Shown: in pieces, positions 59,077 to 64,000 of the stretch | Layout: each line of letters starts with the position of its first letter | How positions within the stretch are numbered: the first letter of the stretch is position 1 | From: an uncultured Gammaproteobacteria bacterium | GTDB lineage: Bacteria > Patescibacteriota > Patescibacteriia > UBA9934 | Reading direction: 5' to 3' | Assembly: GCA_964394565.1 (NCBI GenBank) | Contig: CAYMYA010000001.1 | Coordinates: 4,124 to 68,123 of the forward strand | DNA: 64,000 nt | Program-made: the position numbers and the translations under genes | The notes under the pieces: model-generated | What the model was told of the DNA's origin: nothing | Database searches by the model: none | What the model saw: the letters and a program-made list of their open reading frames with translations, nothing else

Positions 59077-60339
59077 TTATAACGTTGAAAGTCCTTGTGC
59101 GATGTCAACAAAGAACCGAATGCCATTTTGCGTCCCAATATACCAACTGAGGGCAAACAATGCGCCGCATTGGAGCACGACAACGATCGGGGAAATCTTC
59201 CACCGCACCGGCAGGAGCACAAGGGCGTCATCGTGCATACTCATACGCAGTGCAAGGACTCGTGCAGCAACAGAGCTCATCACGACAATCCAGGCACACA
59301 TCAAGACGGCCGTTGCGATAATATGAAACTGCAATCCGTACCCCATGCCGATCATCATGCTCATAAACATGCCAGAAACTGGCATACCTATACTTCCCAA
59401 GAGTACAAACACGAGCGCGCCAGCTGTAAGCGGCAGAAGCGAGAACGTATTTCGCAAACCAGAAAACTTCGTCGTTTTATACGTTGCGTGCAATATTCCG
59501 GACAGCGCAAACATCGACGAGCCCAATACCGCAGTTGCGGAAAGATGCATCAGAGCGGGAATCGTGCCTGCAACACCCATCCCCATAAAGGCAATCAGAA
59601 TGCCCACATGAAACATCAACAGTTCTGCAAAATATTTCTTGTAATTCTTTTGCCACACCAGTGTTCCGGCAAGCACAACAACAGTGAGCACACCGAAAAA
59701 CAACAATATTCCGCCGGTCCATACCCCGCCGTCAGCAAGCATGCCGTCTACCACGATACGCAGGCGGAGCATACCGTAGACGCCAAGAATGGTTGTAAGC
59801 GGAGCAACGAGCGCAGCAATGGGAGACGGAATTTTGCTGTACAGTTCCGCGAGCCCTGCGTGCATTGGCGCAAGACCGAGCGAAACCCCGTACCCAAGAA
59901 GGGTGCAGACGAATGCCGTACGTGCAACAAGCTCCATTGATCCAAATTGTAATGGGTTATACGTCAACACCACCAACCCAAATGCGCTCAACAATGCACC
60001 GAGCAACAGCCGCACGCTCAAGCGTCGCGCAATAACCCCGTTCGTATTGCGTTCATACAAGGATAGGCTACAAACCGAAATTGCCCCAAGCGCATGGATA
60101 CTAATCCATATCGCGACTGCGTGCGAAAGCAGCGTGCCGATCGCACCCGCAATCACCGCCCCCGCAACACAAAATACCGCGTACATTCTGTGCTTCGGAG
60201 CAATAGCGCCGGCACTTCCTTCGTGTCGAAATACGTTTATACTCATCAGAACCCCTGATAGCGCGACACACCCTGCCAGCACCGCTACAGCAATGCTCGC
60301 GAGATCTGGGTTCCACAGGGCAAGAAAAAAATTATTCAT
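59077..60339 (-). CDS. Degenerate HyfF/NuoM-N-like antiporter-fold membrane protein
   Basis: GYGVSLGLAPMH..L.E.YS..PSPIAAL, YGMLR and GMPVSGMF follow the HyfF pattern. Confidence 0.75.
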   Translation of the reverse strand: MNNFFLALWNPDLASIAVAVLAGCVALSGVLMSINVFRHEGSAGAIAPKHRMYAVFCVAGAVIAGAIGTLLSHAVAIWISIHALGAISVCSLSLYERNTNGVIARRLSVRLLLGALLSAFGLVVLTYNPLQFGSMELVARTAFVCTLLGYGVSLGLAPMHAGLAELYSKIPSPIAALVAPLTTILGVYGMLRLRIVVDGMLADGGVWTGGILLFFGVLTVVVLAGTLVWQKNYKKYFAELLMFHVGILIAFMGMGVAGTIPALMHLSATAVLGSSMFALSGILHATYKTTKFSGLRNTFSLLPLTAGALVFVLLGSIGMPVSGMFMSMMIGMGYGLQFHIIATAVLMCAWIVVMSSVAARVLALRMSMHDDALVLLPVRWKISPIVVVLQCGALFALSWYIGTQNGIRFFVDIAQGLSTL

Positions 60340-60341
60340 AT

Positions 60342-61109
60342 TTACACGTTAGGGAACCATAGTGTCACCAGAATTGAGAGAACAGCCAGTGCAGTCGCAA
60401 AACGCATCATGCGCACTGGCGATACCGTCATAAAGCGTTTCACCGCCATTCCCAATGCATCCATCAAGACAACACTCACAAGCACTTTACCCCCCAAGAT
60501 GCCGATGGCCAAAACCCAGACGTCGTGTGTGATTGAAGTTCCCATCGTGATCATCGCAAGAGCATTGACAAAAAGTACGCCAAACGCTGCCCGCAAAAGC
60601 ATGGTGACATCGCGCGTATGATCAGACGGTTTCTCCAACGCGACGGCTAGCAGGAAGAGGGCAAACGCAACAAGAGCAAGAACCACCCCAAACGTTGGAG
60701 TTTGTGCAAGGAGAGCAAGCACCTGACCAGTACGTAATTGTGCTGTTGCAACCCCAAACGCGAGAAACACCGTGCCAAATCCACACAATGCCAACGGCAA
60801 TACCGACGTCCTCTCAATTACCGCAATGCTACCCCCAATAAGCGCGAAGAGTGCAATAAACGTCAAAATATTTCCGTCGCTTGCTTGATCAACTGGTACG
60901 TGGATGAGCGGCAAAAGTGCGAGAGAAACCGCTGTCGCACCGAATGCAAGTGCAGCAACCGGAGACGGGACTCGTCGATACGCAACCCACGGGGGAATCC
61001 AGGTTTTGTGCTGTATCACGGAAACAAAAGTTTCCCAAAGTCCTGCCGCAGATGGCGCAAGGATGAGAAGAGCGAGTGTCTGAAGAACCGAGAATTCTAA
61101 AAATGTCAT
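60342..61109 (-). CDS. Degenerate HyfC/NuoH-like membrane protein
   Basis: LILAPSAAG.....IQ....PPW..YR N-terminal pattern; about 8 TM; lies between the hyfB- and hyfF-like genes. Confidence 0.6.
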   Translation of the reverse strand: MTFLEFSVLQTLALLILAPSAAGLWETFVSVIQHKTWIPPWVAYRRVPSPVAALAFGATAVSLALLPLIHVPVDQASDGNILTFIALFALIGGSIAVIERTSVLPLALCGFGTVFLAFGVATAQLRTGQVLALLAQTPTFGVVLALVAFALFLLAVALEKPSDHTRDVTMLLRAAFGVLFVNALAMITMGTSITHDVWVLAIGILGGKVLVSVVLMDALGMAVKRFMTVSPVRMMRFATALAVLSILVTLWFPNV

Positions 61110-62833
61110 AACGCAATTGCGAAAGTAAGAATAACCGCGAGCATCATGAACACGAGCGAAGGTGTGACGACTCTCGTTACATAGCGGTCATGCCATGCGT
61201 ACAATGTTCGCCACTGTTCTTGCGCGGGTACCGCAATGTATTGAATACACAATTTCCGTACCTCTCGGAAAAATATATGAATACGTGCATCGGGAACAGG
61301 AGCATGTACCTGCTCCTTTGCATCCACGAAATTTCCCATCTCAATACGCAATGTTTTGTCGCGAAGCGCCCAATATGCCAGACTGCACACCATGATCCCG
61401 AGCGCGAGAACGGCCGGACGAAGCAAGGCACCCCCTGCAACAACGGCTCCCTGCCACGTCTGTGCATCTTGCGTTAAGGGCTCTGCGCCAATCGCGTACA
61501 ACGCAAACGGAACAAACACGGCTCCAACCACAGAAAATCCAGATGTCAGTATTGCTGCAACGTTCCGCCATGCAAAACGTTGTTTTGCATGAACGGCCGT
61601 CCGAATATTCTCGATGATGGCATACCCCTGACGGACAAGTGAGCCAAGTACGATCAAAAAACCCAGGGCAAGCGCGAGTGCAAATGTGCGTGGCAGAAGT
61701 GTGAACTGTAACACCATCACGCTCCCGAACATCCATTGGCTCACAAACAGAAGCGAAAGAGGAACCCCTAACCGAGCAACCCCGGAGATTGCGTACTCGA
61801 TGCCACCACCTGTCTCGTCACCAGAATTTCCCCCAAGCACCACACCGATACTCTGAATAATCGTTGCGAAAAGCACGATATTCATGGCTTCATACATGTT
61901 CAGAGATTGGAAAAGCATCGTCGCACTCAACATGAAGAGGACGAAACCGACACCATGAACACATGAGATGCCGCCAAATGCATGACGTTTAGATGCGTAC
62001 CGTGTAACAGAAAGAATCGTCATGATGCCAAGAAGTCCAACAGGAAGCGCAAACCATATATCGAGTGGTGGAAATACAAAAAGTAAGAGCCGAAGAAAAA
62101 GGTACAGCGGCGCAAGAAACCATGCCGTTTGCATGAGTGCCCGTATAGCTCCCCCAGGCACGCTACCACCATCTGCACTCGCCATGCGTGCAAATGGCCA
62201 TGCGCCGGAACACGCCAAAACACCGAGAACGATTGCACTAAATGCCCCAATCAACCGCGGGAAATCAAGTTCAGCAGCAATGTATGCCAACGTCGCAAAG
62301 TCATTAAACAATGCACCAGAAGAAAGGATGAAGAGTCCCGCCGCTATGAAAAGCACACCGATCCCCCTCACCACGAACATCCTGATGCGCTTAAACACCA
62401 CGCACGCCTCTGCACACATCAACAGCATCAATGCCGCAAGAACGCCAAGAATGTTCGTGGACAATACGAGCCACGTCATGCCGAACGAAAGCAGTGCGAT
62501 ACCGAACACGGTGAGAAACGCTTGTTCCTGAGTTTTTCGGTGAACATACCACTCTACCCCGAGTGCGAGCATCACAAGGCTAAACGGGAATATAAACATC
62601 GCCGCAAACGTATCGAGTGTTGCAACCATGCTAAAAAATGCGTTCGTTGGCAACAAAAAAGGATCGGGAGATATCACACCAAAAACACTAGCAAGCACTC
62701 CAGCGACTCCCACTGCCGCAAAAATCAACGCATTCGCACGCTGTGCCTGTTCCTGTGCAAGAAACCACATACCGATCACCGCAATAATCGGCCCAAGCAT
62801 CACCACAGCCATCGACCATTCCCAAGGCGTCAT
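61106..62833 (-). CDS. Degenerate HyfB/NuoL-like antiporter-fold membrane protein
   Basis: Motifs LDTFAAMF, LVLSTN, SGAWPF, ALM...LYLFLR and GVPLSLLFVSQW. Confidence 0.7.
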   Translation of the reverse strand: MTPWEWSMAVVMLGPIIAVIGMWFLAQEQAQRANALIFAAVGVAGVLASVFGVISPDPFLLPTNAFFSMVATLDTFAAMFIFPFSLVMLALGVEWYVHRKTQEQAFLTVFGIALLSFGMTWLVLSTNILGVLAALMLLMCAEACVVFKRIRMFVVRGIGVLFIAAGLFILSSGALFNDFATLAYIAAELDFPRLIGAFSAIVLGVLACSGAWPFARMASADGGSVPGGAIRALMQTAWFLAPLYLFLRLLLFVFPPLDIWFALPVGLLGIMTILSVTRYASKRHAFGGISCVHGVGFVLFMLSATMLFQSLNMYEAMNIVLFATIIQSIGVVLGGNSGDETGGGIEYAISGVARLGVPLSLLFVSQWMFGSVMVLQFTLLPRTFALALALGFLIVLGSLVRQGYAIIENIRTAVHAKQRFAWRNVAAILTSGFSVVGAVFVPFALYAIGAEPLTQDAQTWQGAVVAGGALLRPAVLALGIMVCSLAYWALRDKTLRIEMGNFVDAKEQVHAPVPDARIHIFFREVRKLCIQYIAVPAQEQWRTLYAWHDRYVTRVVTPSLVFMMLAVILTFAIAL

Positions 62834-62985
62834 ATCACAAATCGCTAGGATTCAATGGGCAAAGTGTATGCTCAACTGCACAGAATTCATAGAAGTGTTG
62901 TGGACGAAGCAAAATGTCATATATTCTTTTTACTAGTGTCGTAAAATATTCGTGCCCGTCGAGTTCCCTCGTATGTTGCAAATAC

Positions 62986-63012
62986 AAAAGCCCGAGTCAT
63001 GCCCGAGCTTTT
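62986..63012. terminator. Intrinsic terminator after atpC
   Basis: Minus strand reads AAAAGCTCGGG-CATGA-CTCGGGCTTTT. Confidence 0.7.
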
Positions 63013-63022
63013 GACGGAACAA

Positions 63023-63469
63023 CTATTCTTCCCTTCGGTGTTGCCTGACCTTTCCTTTTTTCATCGCAACCCTGTACCGCGCGATTTCACGCTCCAAATG
63101 CGCAGCAGCGTCGGCATATGAAACATCATTTCGGTGACGCGCCTCTACCAGGGCCGCTTCTGCCCGTTTACGGGCTTCGTCGATTGCCGACAATTCGAGC
63201 TCTTCCACACGCTCTGCGGTATCCGCGAGCACCACGACAGAACCATCCTGGCGCACTTCGAACATCCCTGTCGACGTTGCAAGAAGTTCAAGTTCACCAC
63301 CCTTTCGTACGCGCATTTCACCCGCTTTCATCAACGTCAACAATGGAATATGGTGCGGCAATACCGTAATTTCACCCGTGCTCGTCATGATGGAAATGCT
63401 CTCGGCATCGCCTTCAAAAACCAGACGTTCTGGTGTGACAACCACATAATGGAGTGTGAGTTTCGACAT
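63023..63469 (-). CDS. atpC: F1 ATP synthase epsilon subunit
   Basis: Motifs VVTPER and GEITVLPHHIPL; C-terminal helical hairpin. Confidence 0.95.
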   Translation of the reverse strand: MSKLTLHYVVVTPERLVFEGDAESISIMTSTGEITVLPHHIPLLTLMKAGEMRVRKGGELELLATSTGMFEVRQDGSVVVLADTAERVEELELSAIDEARKRAEAALVEARHRNDVSYADAAAHLEREIARYRVAMKKGKVRQHRREE

Positions 63470-63491
63470 AGAGACTACTAATGAACTCTCA

Positions 63492-64000
<509 letters not shown>

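Noticed and set aside
59095-59940. 281-aa His/Gln/Lys-rich plus-strand ORF (and the similar 62129..62848)
   Set aside because: Antisense shadows of hydrophobic membrane genes: GTG/TTG/TTT codons read as CAC/CAA/AAA on the other strand.

Overview
A gene-dense chromosomal window in the standard genetic code. It most likely comes from a Patescibacteria/CPR (Parcubacteria, Uhrbacteria-like) genome. That placement is inferred from the short AlaS, the scarcity of Shine-Dalgarno motifs, a GAGC lipobox, CPR-type surface repeats, and the absence of amino-acid or nucleotide biosynthesis genes. Most of the window is core machinery: the infA-rpmJ-rpsM-rpsK-rpsD-rpoA-rplQ-rplM-rpsI cluster, alaS, gltX, serS, lysS, tRNA-Arg(CCG), era, dusB, fmt/def, priA, clpB with a CIRCE operator, mreBCD-mrdA, murJ, alr, glycan genes and atpD-atpC. 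The most unusual items are: (1) an intact three-gene HyfB/HyfC/HyfF-like membrane module next to the ATP synthase that has lost its proton-translocating charged residues and has no catalytic partners in the window; (2) two small integrase-less AT-rich islets, each bounded by a duplicated 3' end of a core gene (rpsI and mrdA); (3) a multi-hairpin transcript of about 330 nt, delimited by a promoter and a terminator, with no real ORF; (4) palindromic elements inserted in frame into mutY and dusB; (5) two self-contained GC-rich small-ORF units; (6) an RNA polymerase alpha subunit without its C-terminal domain, together with many near-leaderless promoters. All calls come from reading the sequence by eye. 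No searches were run.
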